Assembly (NCBI GenBank): GCA_002503055.1
Contig: DAQX01000007.1
Coordinates: 4,633 to 68,632 of the forward strand
DNA length: 64,000 bases
Direction: 5' to 3'
Source of the DNA: Euryarchaeota archaeon UBA86
Lineage (GTDB): Archaea > Thermoplasmatota > Poseidoniia > Poseidoniales > Thalassarchaeaceae
The notes below the pieces were generated by a model. It ran no database searches. It was not told the origin of the DNA and worked only from the letters and a program-made list of their open reading frames with translations. The position numbers and the translations under genes are program-made. Shown here piece after piece: positions 37,931-47,678 of this stretch (position 1 is its first letter; each line of letters opens with the position of its first letter).

Positions 37931-39772
37931 ATGCCGGTCAGGCAAGGTAATCCTGAAGCTGTGGGGGTAAATCCGTTCCGTAGGCTTTCAGCATCTCAAG
38001 TTATCACCTGGAATTCCTGTAACAGGTTGTGGTACTACAATTACATCGAACGCCTGAAGTCGCCCCTTCCGCCTCAGATTATTCGAGGAAATGCTGTCGA
38101 AGAGTGCATCTGCAGAGTACTCCGAGACTCACCAGCGTTGGTTTCGGCCGATTCAGAAGATGAGATGACATCACCGCTCCTTGATGATGGATCACTAGAC
38201 TATGATAATCAATTGGCTTGGCCCGGACCTGCTACAATTGAATTATCCGAAGAACAATGGCCAAAAGACAGAGACTCACTACTCATTTGGGCAGAAGCCC
38301 GAGCAGAGATACATTTCGACAAATGCTGGGAGGCTGCAGTAGATGACTGGAAGGCATTACCTAACAAGACTGGTTCAGTCGACAATGCAGACCCCAACGA
38401 AGCCAGAGACATGGTCAAAGTAGGCCTGAGAATGCATATCGATCAGGTCGAAACCTGTCTGAATGCAGGAGGTGGTCCAAGAGTTTCGAACTGGAGAGCA
38501 GGAGAGGGCCGAGGTTACTGGCCACCTCCTGATGGATTCCCTCGTCAGTGGAATCAGCCACACCCTTGTGCCAAAGACTCTGGTGATGTCTCATGGTGTG
38601 AAGCTTGGGAATTAGCTAGGCCATGGTTCGTTGATCCTGATGCGGGGCAGTGGAAACAAACCACTTCACATCCCGACGAGTGGTTTCAAGGAGAGTACGA
38701 TATGGTCTACGATTGGACAGGCCGAATCAGAATTATTGATCTCAAGGCTTCTATTGGGAAAGGTGACCGCTCGGCCGGCTATATCGATCAATTACGCCTC
38801 TACTGCTGGCTTTGGTGGGAGACCCATGAAAGATCTGAGGAAGTTGAAACGCTCGAGATTTGGTACCTGGGTGCCGAGGCGATTAAGGAAGTCAAATGCC
38901 CTTCTTTAGAGGAGATGGAAAAACTGTCCGTGGAACTCTCTCAATTGTATCAGAAGATTCACGCTAAAGATCCTGAAATGGACGAATGTCCTCCAGAACC
39001 ATCTCCTTTGAACTACTTCGATAAGGGAGGTGTACCATCTAAGAAGCCGATTGACCCCAATCCAAGAGCTCGCTGTACTTACTGTGATTTGCGAGGAGTT
39101 TGCGAGGGTAGTGACCACAATCTTGAGTTGCCACTTGAGCGAAAGTTGGATCGCTTCGGGCACAGTTGGCCCATAACTCCGCTGGGAGAGATCGTCACTC
39201 GAGTCAATGTGGTTGGCGAAGTCTCAGGTTTACGAGGACCAAATCTCTCCGAAGATGGCTCAGTAGAACTCGCATTTACCTTGCAAGATGGGTATGACCG
39301 TGCCAAGGTACAACCATCACGCTACGGCTCACCTAGGCAGGTGACTCGTTCAATATCAAGCGGAAGCAGAGTGCGTATCGAGAATGCCATGGCTTCGATG
39401 TGGAAGGGAGAAATAGTGCTAGATCTCGATGAAAAGTCTTCAGTCGATATCGCCGAAGATTTAGACGAGGAATCAATCGTAGATATTGAGACTAAAGCGA
39501 ATGTCGTTGGGAGAGTATGGTCAATCAATGCCTTCCCAGATGGAGAGGGGGTGGCTAGGTGGTCAATTACGCTCATTGATCAGACCGGATCAGCAGGTGT
39601 GGTCGCATTCAGACAGTTCATCCCTCTTGCTGCAGCAGGAGTGACTAGAGGAGACGAGATTGCAATTCTCAACGGCGAGATTGGAGAATTCAATAGCCAG
39701 CCACAAGTCAGAATGGGGCCCGGAGCCCGTCTAGTTGTCTTACGAGACTCGACAGAGGTTCCAGCATACTAG
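37931..39772 (+). CDS. PD-(D/E)XK (AddB/Cas4-like) nuclease with probable Fe-S cluster, fused to two C-terminal OB folds
   Basis: LSASQ...SC; GEYD, IIDLK, QLRLY; CTYCDLRGVC; OB-like VNVVGEV...LQDG and NVVGRV...LIDQTG. Confidence 0.8.
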   Translation: MPVRQGNPEAVGVNPFRRLSASQVITWNSCNRLWYYNYIERLKSPLPPQIIRGNAVEECICRVLRDSPALVSADSEDEMTSPLLDDGSLDYDNQLAWPGPATIELSEEQWPKDRDSLLIWAEARAEIHFDKCWEAAVDDWKALPNKTGSVDNADPNEARDMVKVGLRMHIDQVETCLNAGGGPRVSNWRAGEGRGYWPPPDGFPRQWNQPHPCAKDSGDVSWCEAWELARPWFVDPDAGQWKQTTSHPDEWFQGEYDMVYDWTGRIRIIDLKASIGKGDRSAGYIDQLRLYCWLWWETHERSEEVETLEIWYLGAEAIKEVKCPSLEEMEKLSVELSQLYQKIHAKDPEMDECPPEPSPLNYFDKGGVPSKKPIDPNPRARCTYCDLRGVCEGSDHNLELPLERKLDRFGHSWPITPLGEIVTRVNVVGEVSGLRGPNLSEDGSVELAFTLQDGYDRAKVQPSRYGSPRQVTRSISSGSRVRIENAMASMWKGEIVLDLDEKSSVDIAEDLDEESIVDIETKANVVGRVWSINAFPDGEGVARWSITLIDQTGSAGVVAFRQFIPLAAAGVTRGDEIAILNGEIGEFNSQPQVRMGPGARLVVLRDSTEVPAY

Positions 39773-39858
39773 TGGCGCCGAGAGAGGGATTTGAACCCCC
39801 GCGTCCAATGGACAGTGGATTTCGAATCCACCGCAATACCGGGCTATGCGATCTCGGC
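39773..39858 (-). tRNA. tRNA-Ser(CGA)
   Basis: Reverse complement GCCGAGA...GTGGA-TT-CGA-AA-TCCAC, long variable arm GTCCATTGGAC, GGTTCAAATCC, G discriminator plus CCA. Confidence 0.95.
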
Positions 39859-39912
39859 AGCGCTCCGGCCACCTGCGAATCAAACATAAGGCTGACCCGA
39901 TGTGTGAGGGCC

Positions 39913-40113
39913 GTGAGAATACAGGTGGAGCACGAAGGGGATTCGCTGACTCTCGAGTCTGATTTGCCGATTAGTATCTCTGAGGTCCTAGAGAGGATGT
40001 CAATCCCGGCCTCAACTGTCCTAGCCGTTCATGATGATGTCATTGTCCCTCATACTTCGATAATCAAGTCAGACATCAACCTCGAGTTGATTGTAGTCTC
40101 TTCTGGAGGATAG
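39913..40113 (+). CDS. Ubiquitin-like beta-grasp protein (ThiS/MoaD/SAMP)
   Basis: 66 aa ending IVVSSGG; GTG start at 39913 (the longer ORF call runs through the tRNA). Confidence 0.8.
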   Translation: MRIQVEHEGDSLTLESDLPISISEVLERMSIPASTVLAVHDDVIVPHTSIIKSDINLELIVVSSGG

Positions 40114-40116
40114 AGA

Positions 40117-40878
40117 CTAGACGTAGAAGTCGCCCGTTTCTCCCTCAGTCATAGCCAGAGTCTCTTCCAAATCTCCTCCAGCATTCATCTCGCCGAGAAT
40201 CCTTGCTGCAATCTTCTCTGTAGAATCGAGACTCAAATCAAGCGGCAATTCAAATGCCGCTTCTATCCAACTTGCCAATCTATCAGCTGCCACGACATCT
40301 GTACTAGATCCCATTGTTTCTGCCACCAGCCCAATAGTACTAACTGAATGGACTGGGGAAAGCGAAATTAGAAGCCCTGCAATTCCAATCATTCCTGCTT
40401 CGGGATGTTCTCTGCTAACGGGTATGTCTCCTGCTTCGAGGCCCTTCCTGACATCAGCATCCGCGCAGATCACATGTATCTGCTTATCTTCAGCGCCTGC
40501 CGCAAGGCCCGCAAGAACCAGTAATCGAGGAGTGTTTGAGTCAGAAGCGAGTTGTAGTATTGCCTCAGACACCTCATGCTGCCCCGCAGCAGTCATCGGC
40601 TGCAGATTTCCGCCGACTACCACCACCGTCCTCCCGTCGGGAAGTAAAACTGAGTCTATTCGGATTCTTGGAGGGGCCAGAAGAGAGTCGCCATCTAATG
40701 TTGCATGAGGGGGAAAGTCAGGATGCAGAATCCATGCGAGAGTCCTAGAGGGGTGCTTCTCTACCAACGAGTCTACAACCAGTTTGCCTACATTACCCAC
40801 TCCTGGGACCGCCTCTAGCATTGCAGCATGTTCGGGTAGACTATCTCCAACAAGCCAGTGAATCTTGGCCCTATTCAT
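40117..40878 (-). CDS. PAC2 family proteasome assembly chaperone
   Basis: PGVGNVGKL, DFPP, GMIGIAGLL; conserved synteny after nop10. Confidence 0.88.
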   Translation of the reverse strand: MNRAKIHWLVGDSLPEHAAMLEAVPGVGNVGKLVVDSLVEKHPSRTLAWILHPDFPPHATLDGDSLLAPPRIRIDSVLLPDGRTVVVVGGNLQPMTAAGQHEVSEAILQLASDSNTPRLLVLAGLAAGAEDKQIHVICADADVRKGLEAGDIPVSREHPEAGMIGIAGLLISLSPVHSVSTIGLVAETMGSSTDVVAADRLASWIEAAFELPLDLSLDSTEKIAARILGEMNAGGDLEETLAMTEGETGDFYV

Positions 40879-41093
40879 TCTTCTTCACTCTCCTCATTTC
40901 TGGTCGTAGGTAGCGATTCCAACCACTCATCACTACCAGCATTCATTCGCTTACGCCTCCTAGCTCCTTGCGGATCTTCTGGAGAGTATTTCATTGGCGA
41001 TACTGCAGCCATTGCAGATCCACATTTCTCGCATCTAGTTCCTAGGCCATACTCGCCGCACGATATACACCTTTGCAACCTAGTTCTGACCAT
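40875..41093 (-). CDS. nop10: H/ACA RNP protein Nop10
   Basis: RCISCGEY...CEKCG...PMKYSPEDP..RRR; start set at ATG 41093. Confidence 0.88.
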   Translation of the reverse strand: MVRTRLQRCISCGEYGLGTRCEKCGSAMAAVSPMKYSPEDPQGARRRKRMNAGSDEWLESLPTTRNEESEEE

Positions 41094-41151
41094 ACTATCG
41101 TATTGCTTGCGCTCGGAAGGGTCAATGAAGTCTATGCTCGCCAGAGTCTGC

Positions 41152-41937
41152 TTAGAGGCGTTCGGCAACTATCGAACCGTCCACCGAGGACATACTGTCC
41201 GAGGCGGCTTTCTGTGCAGCCTCCCAGACAGACTCAGCAGCTTGATAGTCGGGTGCTCTGATATCGACCCTGTAATGGGGCGCTCCATCGTAATGGCAAG
41301 TGATTGTGACCTCTTCCAGATTATTACCGCAGGATTCTGCAGCCAACAAAGCATCACGAATAGCGTTTACACCCTCTGGGCCCCAGACTTGAATGTCAAA
41401 CTCTCCCCTGATTTCGACGAACGGAGGGACAATATTCTCCACTGCCAACTCGGTAACTACTGAAATCCAGTCGCCTGTGAATCCTGCATCGCCCAATGCT
41501 GTCTCACTCATGGCACACTCTTCTAGAGCACCATACAGAGTTCCGAAGATTTCTCTCATTTCGTCACATATCTCGGCCGTCTTTTCCTCGTCCCAGCCAA
41601 TTCTCTCGGCTGCGACACGCATCATCTGGCCTGCTCTTTGACGATTCTTCCAGGCTTGTAGCGTATCCCTTCGGCGTTCCTCAGAAACAGACTTTATTGA
41701 CAACTCAATTCGTTGCTTATCCTTTCTTACTTGGATGGCCTTGGCAACAACTCTCTGACCTTCTCTAAGATGTGCACTGATATTCTTGACCCAGCCGGAT
41801 GCGACCTCTCCAATGAATACGAAACCGGTTCTGCCTTCATATCCCTCAAGGTTGAGGTACGCCCCGTTTTCCTTGACACTGCTGACTACACAGATGAGCA
41901 ATTCACCTTCCTCTGGCCAAGAATCGGATTCCGCCAT
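41152..41937 (-). CDS. eif2a: Translation initiation factor 2 alpha subunit
   Basis: WPEEGEL S1 domain, EVASGWVKNI, GAPHYR. Confidence 0.93.
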   Translation of the reverse strand: MAESDSWPEEGELLICVVSSVKENGAYLNLEGYEGRTGFVFIGEVASGWVKNISAHLREGQRVVAKAIQVRKDKQRIELSIKSVSEERRRDTLQAWKNRQRAGQMMRVAAERIGWDEEKTAEICDEMREIFGTLYGALEECAMSETALGDAGFTGDWISVVTELAVENIVPPFVEIRGEFDIQVWGPEGVNAIRDALLAAESCGNNLEEVTITCHYDGAPHYRVDIRAPDYQAAESVWEAAQKAASDSMSSVDGSIVAERL

Positions 41938-41948
41938 ATGACATTCCC

Positions 41949-42119
41949 TCACTCGAGGACGTCAATGATTGTGCTTCCAGATAGGTCTGCCCTACCTCCG
42001 GCAGGACTCGCCAATGTTGCGCCACAGATGGCGCACGAGATCGAGGTTGACGCCCTGTCAAAGATGATGGCTTCGTGACCGCAGTCACGGCAGGTGACTC
42101 TTAGGAATCTACCACTCAT
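41949..42119 (-). CDS. rps27e: 30S ribosomal protein S27e
   Basis: FLRVTCRDCG...CAICG...PAGGRA. Confidence 0.93.
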   Translation of the reverse strand: MSGRFLRVTCRDCGHEAIIFDRASTSISCAICGATLASPAGGRADLSGSTIIDVLE

Positions 42120-42130
42120 CTTCTTTCCTC

Positions 42131-42412
42131 TCACTTGTCTACTAGTTCGAACTTCCTAGCTCTCTTCCCTGCAGGGGAATGTGCCTTACCAGTCTCTGTA
42201 CATCGGTAAATCAGATTAACTCTCTTTGTTGGCTTCTCTCCCGATGGCTTAGGTCTAGGGAAACCACGGTAACCCGATGTTACTTTGCGGAATCTTCTCT
42301 GACCCCACTTTAGTTCACTGGCGCGTCGCTTCTTGACCCTCTCGACAGTGTGCTCGGTGTGCTTACCAGCCGATGGACTGTAGCGCTTCACTGTCCTAGG
42401 CATCTTGACCAC
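42131..42412 (-). CDS. rpl44e: 50S ribosomal protein L44e
   Basis: KMPRTVKRYSP, GQRR, KPTK; GTG start after GAGGTGA SD. Confidence 0.92.
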   Translation of the reverse strand: MVKMPRTVKRYSPSAGKHTEHTVERVKKRRASELKWGQRRFRKVTSGYRGFPRPKPSGEKPTKRVNLIYRCTETGKAHSPAGKRARKFELVDK

Positions 42413-42538
42413 TGGTTCACCTCGCGTCTTACGACATCGCGGCCACCGATGACCCATTTATGAACTCTATCTAGCGTACTGCGGCGCGAAATATCTCAGA
42501 GGGTAGTCACAAATACGATGTAATGCCATTTACTGCCG

Positions 42539-43084
42539 ATGGTTGTGTCACTAGCCGCCGCACAGGTCTGGGCCGGATTCTGCCTCTTCGGTATCGGATT
42601 TGCCATGCATAGGACAGGACCCGCATTCAAGAGGCATCCAGCAGGGGCACCGGTCGTCTTACTTGGCCTTGCAATCATGTTGCTGCATTCAGAACCACCC
42701 AGTCCCGAATCACTTCTTGTACAGGCGGCAACTGACGCAGTGCCTTGGATTGTTTCTGCAGCAATTGGGATTAGCCTAGTACTTTCAGGGGCCCCAATTT
42801 ACTCGAATAGAAAGCCCCTAATCCTCCTCGTGGGTTGGGCATTCATACTCGCTGCCTGGTACTTTATGCTAGGAATCCTACCCGACTTGACTCTGACTGA
42901 GATTTTATCTTGGCTCGGCTCAATTTTAGGGGCGGCTTTGGCAATTGCAGTATTTGCTCAATCTGTCAGATATACCGAGAGTAAGACTCCTACTGAGCCC
43001 GAGTCCACTCCTTTGTCTGAGAAAGAGAGGAAATATGTTCAGAGCGTTCTGAAGAGACATTTGGAGGCATCAGATGAGCCCTGA
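42539..43084 (+). CDS. Hypothetical membrane protein
   Basis: About 5 hydrophobic segments; overlaps the next gene. Confidence 0.65.
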   Translation: MVVSLAAAQVWAGFCLFGIGFAMHRTGPAFKRHPAGAPVVLLGLAIMLLHSEPPSPESLLVQAATDAVPWIVSAAIGISLVLSGAPIYSNRKPLILLVGWAFILAAWYFMLGILPDLTLTEILSWLGSILGAALAIAVFAQSVRYTESKTPTEPESTPLSEKERKYVQSVLKRHLEASDEP

Positions 43085-43430
43085 GATGGATACAATAGTG
43101 AATGCTTTCTTGGGCTCTGCCGCCCTCACTTCACTTCTTATCATACTCGCCTTACTTGGTACACTAAACCCGTACCATCGCCCAGCGATTCCACTAACTG
43201 TTGTTACAATGGTAATCGTTATTTCTACTTATCTTGCGTCGATTTCTTGGGGAGGAGATATGGGCACTTTGGCCATTCGAAGCAATCTTGTAAATGGTGC
43301 CCTATCAATTCTCGACTTGCTATACCTAGCATTCTCAGTACTCACTGCTCTCATCTTACGAGCTTCTCTTCGAAGCCGTCCCGATGATCCCTTGATTGCA
43401 CTTTCAGAAGCCGAATCAGACTCTGAGTGA
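43074..43430 (+). CDS. Hypothetical membrane protein
   Basis: Three hydrophobic segments; GGAGG SD upstream. Confidence 0.65.
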   Translation: MSPEMDTIVNAFLGSAALTSLLIILALLGTLNPYHRPAIPLTVVTMVIVISTYLASISWGGDMGTLAIRSNLVNGALSILDLLYLAFSVLTALILRASLRSRPDDPLIALSEAESDSE

Positions 43431-43495
43431 TGCACCCTTATTGGGCAACTCTCATAACACCCCCTTCGGTCGCCGCGCTGTCCTAGGTGGTAGTG

Positions 43496-43678
43496 ATGTC
43501 AAAGGGAACGCCCAGTATGGGAAAGAGGCAGAAGTCCACACACATTAGGTGTAGACGCTGTGGAAGACACTCGTATCACAAGACAAAGGGCGTCTGCGCT
43601 CACTGCGGTTACGGCGCTACAGCCAAGATGCGAAAATACAGATGGAACAAGCGTTCTCGTTCTATGGGCTCCAAGTAA
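43496..43678 (+). CDS. rpl37e: 50S ribosomal protein L37e
   Basis: [11 protein letters not shown]...CRRCG...CAHCGY. Confidence 0.95.
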   Translation: MSKGTPSMGKRQKSTHIRCRRCGRHSYHKTKGVCAHCGYGATAKMRKYRWNKRSRSMGSK

Positions 43679-43724
43679 TCCGGAAAGTGCTAAGTCCTTC
43701 ACCGCCAGCGCGGAGCGTTATCCG

Positions 43725-45215
43725 ATGTGCGGTATCATCGGTATCTTGGGACATCCACACACACAAGTAGCGAGCAGCATCTATGATGGGATGCTAGTCC
43801 TTCAGCACCGTGGGCAAGACGCTGCAGGAATAGTCATGAGTGATTCTGCTAATATCTATCACAGACGTGCTAACGGGCTTGTCAGGGATGTGTTTAGGGC
43901 CAAGCACATGACTAACCTGCACGGGCATATGGGTATTGGGCATGTTCGTTATCCCACAGCAGGTTCGAGTTCAGTTGCCGAGGCCCAACCGTTCTACACC
44001 AACACTCCATTCGGAGTCAGTTTGGCCCACAATGGGAATCTAAACAATACGAATGATATCATCAACGGTCTGCTTGAATATGATCACAGGAGAATCAATA
44101 CCAGCTCCGATTCCGAGGCTTTGTTGAATCTATTTGCAGCCGAGATTCAAAGATCGGTAAATGGCAGACCAGGCGGACTCGAGGCTCTTTCTGAGGACGA
44201 CATCTTTCGAGCAGTAGAGAGAACCCATCTCAGAGTTGAGGGAAGTTACAGTGTGATTGCAATGATTACTGGATGGGGGCTCGTTGCTTTCAGAGATCCG
44301 CATGGAATCAGGCCTCTTTTCATGGGACTCTGTGAGAACGAAGGTTTCACCGAGAGAATCTTCACTTCTGAAAGCGTGGCATGCTCAGCTCTAGGCTTCA
44401 CTCCCAAGAGAGATATCGCACCAGGCGAGGCTGTAATCGCGAGAGTGGACGGCTCATTCTCGGCCAAACAGTGTCACTCCGAACCTAGTCACACTCCTTG
44501 TATCTTCGAACATGTGTACTTCGCCCGCCCTGACTCTACCATAGACGGAATCTCAGTTCACGGAGCCCGTCTGCGGATGGGTGCCGCACTTGCTAGTAGG
44601 GTTCTGAAGGAGCGCCCTGACCATGGAATCGACGCTGTAATCCCGGTTCCTGACAGCGGTAGGATTGCTGCTATGGAAATGGCCAGAGCCCTAGGCGTGG
44701 ATTATCGCGAGGGTTTCGTAAAGAATCGCTATATTGGCAGGACATTCATAATGCCTGGACAATCGATGAGGAAAGACTCGGTAAAAAAGAAACTCAACAC
44801 AATTGATTGGGAGTTCGAGGGTAAGACTGTGATGATTGTAGATGACAGCATCGTGCGAGGAAACACCTCGCGAAGAATCATTGAAATGGCCAAGGAAGCC
44901 GGTGCCAAGCAGGTTTTCTTTGCTTCTTCAGCACCTCCAATCATACATCCAAATGTCTACGGAATCGACATGCCAGCTCGTGCAGAATATGTTGCACATG
45001 ACCGAACTATCGACGAAATTGCTGAGGCAATTGGCGCTGACTGGCTAATCTATCAGGAACTGGACGATTTAGTCGAGGCTTGCCTCGGCGAAAACAATGA
45101 CGGCCCTGTCAATTTCGACTGTTCATGCTTCAATGGCATCTATGTCACCGGAGGCATTACTGATGAATACCTCTCAAGGGTCGAGAGTACTCGTAACGAT
45201 GCTGTCAAGTCTTGA
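43725..45215 (+). CDS. purF: Amidophosphoribosyltransferase
   Basis: MCGIIG start, QHRGQ, GHVRY, HNGN, VDDSIVRG. Confidence 0.96.
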   Translation: MCGIIGILGHPHTQVASSIYDGMLVLQHRGQDAAGIVMSDSANIYHRRANGLVRDVFRAKHMTNLHGHMGIGHVRYPTAGSSSVAEAQPFYTNTPFGVSLAHNGNLNNTNDIINGLLEYDHRRINTSSDSEALLNLFAAEIQRSVNGRPGGLEALSEDDIFRAVERTHLRVEGSYSVIAMITGWGLVAFRDPHGIRPLFMGLCENEGFTERIFTSESVACSALGFTPKRDIAPGEAVIARVDGSFSAKQCHSEPSHTPCIFEHVYFARPDSTIDGISVHGARLRMGAALASRVLKERPDHGIDAVIPVPDSGRIAAMEMARALGVDYREGFVKNRYIGRTFIMPGQSMRKDSVKKKLNTIDWEFEGKTVMIVDDSIVRGNTSRRIIEMAKEAGAKQVFFASSAPPIIHPNVYGIDMPARAEYVAHDRTIDEIAEAIGADWLIYQELDDLVEACLGENNDGPVNFDCSCFNGIYVTGGITDEYLSRVESTRNDAVKS

Positions 45216-45263
45216 ACGGTCGCGGACGCGGCAGAATGAAGTCACATCGACCAATCACGAGCC

Positions 45264-46748
45264 ATGAGAGCCACGATCCCTTCACTAACGGCGACCCCGA
45301 TTAACGAGGTAGCAAGGCACTGCTGTGAATTAGATGAGGGTAATTTTGCAGTAGGGTTTGACTCCGGTTCTGTACATGTTTACGGTTCTGACGGCGTAAT
45401 AATCAGTACCACTGAGTTGGATGAGAAAATAGTCGGCCTGGCAGACTCTGAGGGTAATATCATCGTAGCAACCAGTACTGGTGGCGTCAGGGCCTTTCAG
45501 ACCGAACTTATTTGGGAGTATGATATTGAATCTGGATGCGAGATGATTTGCTCTCATCCCAATGGAGTTCTCGTTGCCGATTCATCAAACAGGCTGCTAC
45601 TAATCTCAGCACAAGGCACTCTACTGGACTCAGTTGAGTGTAATTCGCCAGTGACAATAAACTGCTCTGAGGGCGGTTTCTGTGCTGTCGCTTCTGAGGA
45701 TGGCAGTATACTGATTCTCAATTCCTCGCTGGAGATTATTCACGAGTCCAAAGCTGCCGCCGACGATGTTGAGACCGTTTCTTGCATGGAGTTTCGAAGT
45801 GACGATGTCCTCATGGTTGCTAGAAACTCATTGGGAGTGGTAGTCGACGATCGCCCTGAGAACAGAATTGAGTGCTGGCATCCCGAAAGAGGCCTACTGA
45901 ACACCACTGAAGTATTTTCTAGAGTCACTTGCATGCTGCCTACTGAGTATGGAGTAGTGGCCGGATGCTTTGATGGATCATTATTGAGGATGGAAATCGG
46001 CAGTAACGAGTTAGAGACAATATGTCAATTTGAATACCAAGTATCGTTCATTACTATGTGGGAGGAAGATCTCCTGGTTGCCTCTTGGTTTGATATTTTC
46101 AGAGTCTCAAATGATTACTCAGTAGTATGGCAGTTTGAGCACCCCGGGATAGTCGACTGCATATTGCTTCTGGGAGAGAGAGTTGCCCTGATAGGAGATG
46201 ACAGAAAGCCGAGAAGTACTCCAGCACCAATTGTCATTATTGATCCCGATACTCCTGCAACGGAAGACCATTTATCACATCATTACACCGATGAAAGAGA
46301 AGAATTCTCTGGTGCACTTTCGCCCGAAGAGGAGGCTAAAGTCGAATCTAGACCAGAATTCAAACTCGAATCTAACCAAATTCTCCAAGATCTGAATGAG
46401 GAGAGCGAGGAAGATGCAATTGAAGCCGAAATTGAAACCGATATTCTGGATGAGTTGTCCGCTTCAGCTAGAGCAATCAACCTGCCTCCAGTAGCCGATG
46501 CAGGCGAGGATATTACTATGCAATCAGATGATGAAGGTAAGGCCGAGATAATGCTTGATGGGAGTGGCTCTTATGATCCGGATGGCGATGTTGTATCTTG
46601 GGCATGGGAAGATGAGCGGAACAGGGTAATCGGTAGCAGTGACCGAATAAGAGTAAGACTGTCGAAAGGCGTGCATGTATTCTATCTTACAGTCACGGAT
46701 GACAAAGGCGCAGCGACTAGGTCCTCGGTAACAGTTCATGTGAAGTGA
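45264..46748 (+). CDS. Beta-propeller (WD40-like) protein with acidic linker and C-terminal PKD domain
   Basis: Repeated beta-strand units; NLPPVADAG...LDGSGSYDPDG...W...LTVTDDKG. Confidence 0.75.
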   Translation: MRATIPSLTATPINEVARHCCELDEGNFAVGFDSGSVHVYGSDGVIISTTELDEKIVGLADSEGNIIVATSTGGVRAFQTELIWEYDIESGCEMICSHPNGVLVADSSNRLLLISAQGTLLDSVECNSPVTINCSEGGFCAVASEDGSILILNSSLEIIHESKAAADDVETVSCMEFRSDDVLMVARNSLGVVVDDRPENRIECWHPERGLLNTTEVFSRVTCMLPTEYGVVAGCFDGSLLRMEIGSNELETICQFEYQVSFITMWEEDLLVASWFDIFRVSNDYSVVWQFEHPGIVDCILLLGERVALIGDDRKPRSTPAPIVIIDPDTPATEDHLSHHYTDEREEFSGALSPEEEAKVESRPEFKLESNQILQDLNEESEEDAIEAEIETDILDELSASARAINLPPVADAGEDITMQSDDEGKAEIMLDGSGSYDPDGDVVSWAWEDERNRVIGSSDRIRVRLSKGVHVFYLTVTDDKGAATRSSVTVHVK

Positions 46749-47669
46749 CTACAGCTTTGCCAACTCTGTCTTGAGTGCTGGCAATGCGTCTTCCCAAGTA
46801 GCAACTATTCCGTAGTCAGCGACTCCGAAGATAGGAGCATCAGGATCCTTGTTTATTGCAACGATGTACTTACTGGTCTTCATTCCAGCTAGGTGCTGAA
46901 TCGCTCCACTGATTCCGACTGCAATATATAGGCTCGGAGTAACTGTCTTTCCGGTTTGTCCAACCTGCATACTATGTGGTATTTCTTCCCAAGTATCGAC
47001 TGCGGCCCTGCTGGCACCAACGGCAGCCCCAATCATGTCTGCAATCTCGTTTAGGTGAGAAAAGTTCGATGGCTCTCCCATGCCCCTCCCTCCTGAAATA
47101 ATGATATCTGCCTCGGTGACATCTAGCCTCTCGCTAGCCTTGGCGATAGCCTCCTTGACAGCCAAGCTCATGTCTGCAGTCTGGTTGACTGTGCTGATAT
47201 CTGCAGTACCTCCATCTGGAGCAGCATCGAATGCATTGGCTCGAAGAGTAATAACACAAGGACCATCGACATTGGATGTCTCCATTGCCTTACCCGAATA
47301 GATTGGTCTAGAGACAACTAATCCCGCTTCTAATCCAGTAGCATCTTGGATTACTGGAATCTTCCTTAGAGCAGCTAGGGATGAAGCAATGTCTCTGCCT
47401 CGGGGAGATGCAGCAGCTAGTACCAAATCTCCTGTAGCCTGTGAGTCCAGGGCAGTGGCCCATGCGCCTCCCTCGTAAGTTCCGAAACAGTCTCCTTCTA
47501 CAGAGACAACCTTGGAGACACTTGAGATTGACGCAGCCTCTGCTGCCCCTACTCCGCCAGGACAGAGAACGGTGGTATTTCCTCCGATTGAAGCAGCCGC
47601 ACCTACAAGTTGGGCGGTAACTGGTGTTAGTCCATCAGCAGTTGAATCAGCTATTACTGTTACATCCAT
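46749..47669 (-). CDS. etfA: Electron transfer flavoprotein alpha subunit
   Basis: SGGRG, GASRAAVD, QVGQTG, GISGAIQH, INKD; ATG 47669 after AGGTGA. Confidence 0.95.
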   Translation of the reverse strand: MDVTVIADSTADGLTPVTAQLVGAAASIGGNTTVLCPGGVGAAEAASISSVSKVVSVEGDCFGTYEGGAWATALDSQATGDLVLAAASPRGRDIASSLAALRKIPVIQDATGLEAGLVVSRPIYSGKAMETSNVDGPCVITLRANAFDAAPDGGTADISTVNQTADMSLAVKEAIAKASERLDVTEADIIISGGRGMGEPSNFSHLNEIADMIGAAVGASRAAVDTWEEIPHSMQVGQTGKTVTPSLYIAVGISGAIQHLAGMKTSKYIVAINKDPDAPIFGVADYGIVATWEDALPALKTELAKL

Positions 47670-47678
47670 TAAAATCAC

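Noticed and set aside
37931-39858. Cas4-like nuclease next to a tRNA as sign of an integrated element or CRISPR locus
   Set aside because: No integrase, att duplication, cas genes or array seen; flanks are housekeeping genes.
39772-39912. N-terminal extension of the ubiquitin-like ORF (MAPREGFEPP...)
   Set aside because: It is the antisense reading of tRNA-Ser; the likely start is GTG 39913.
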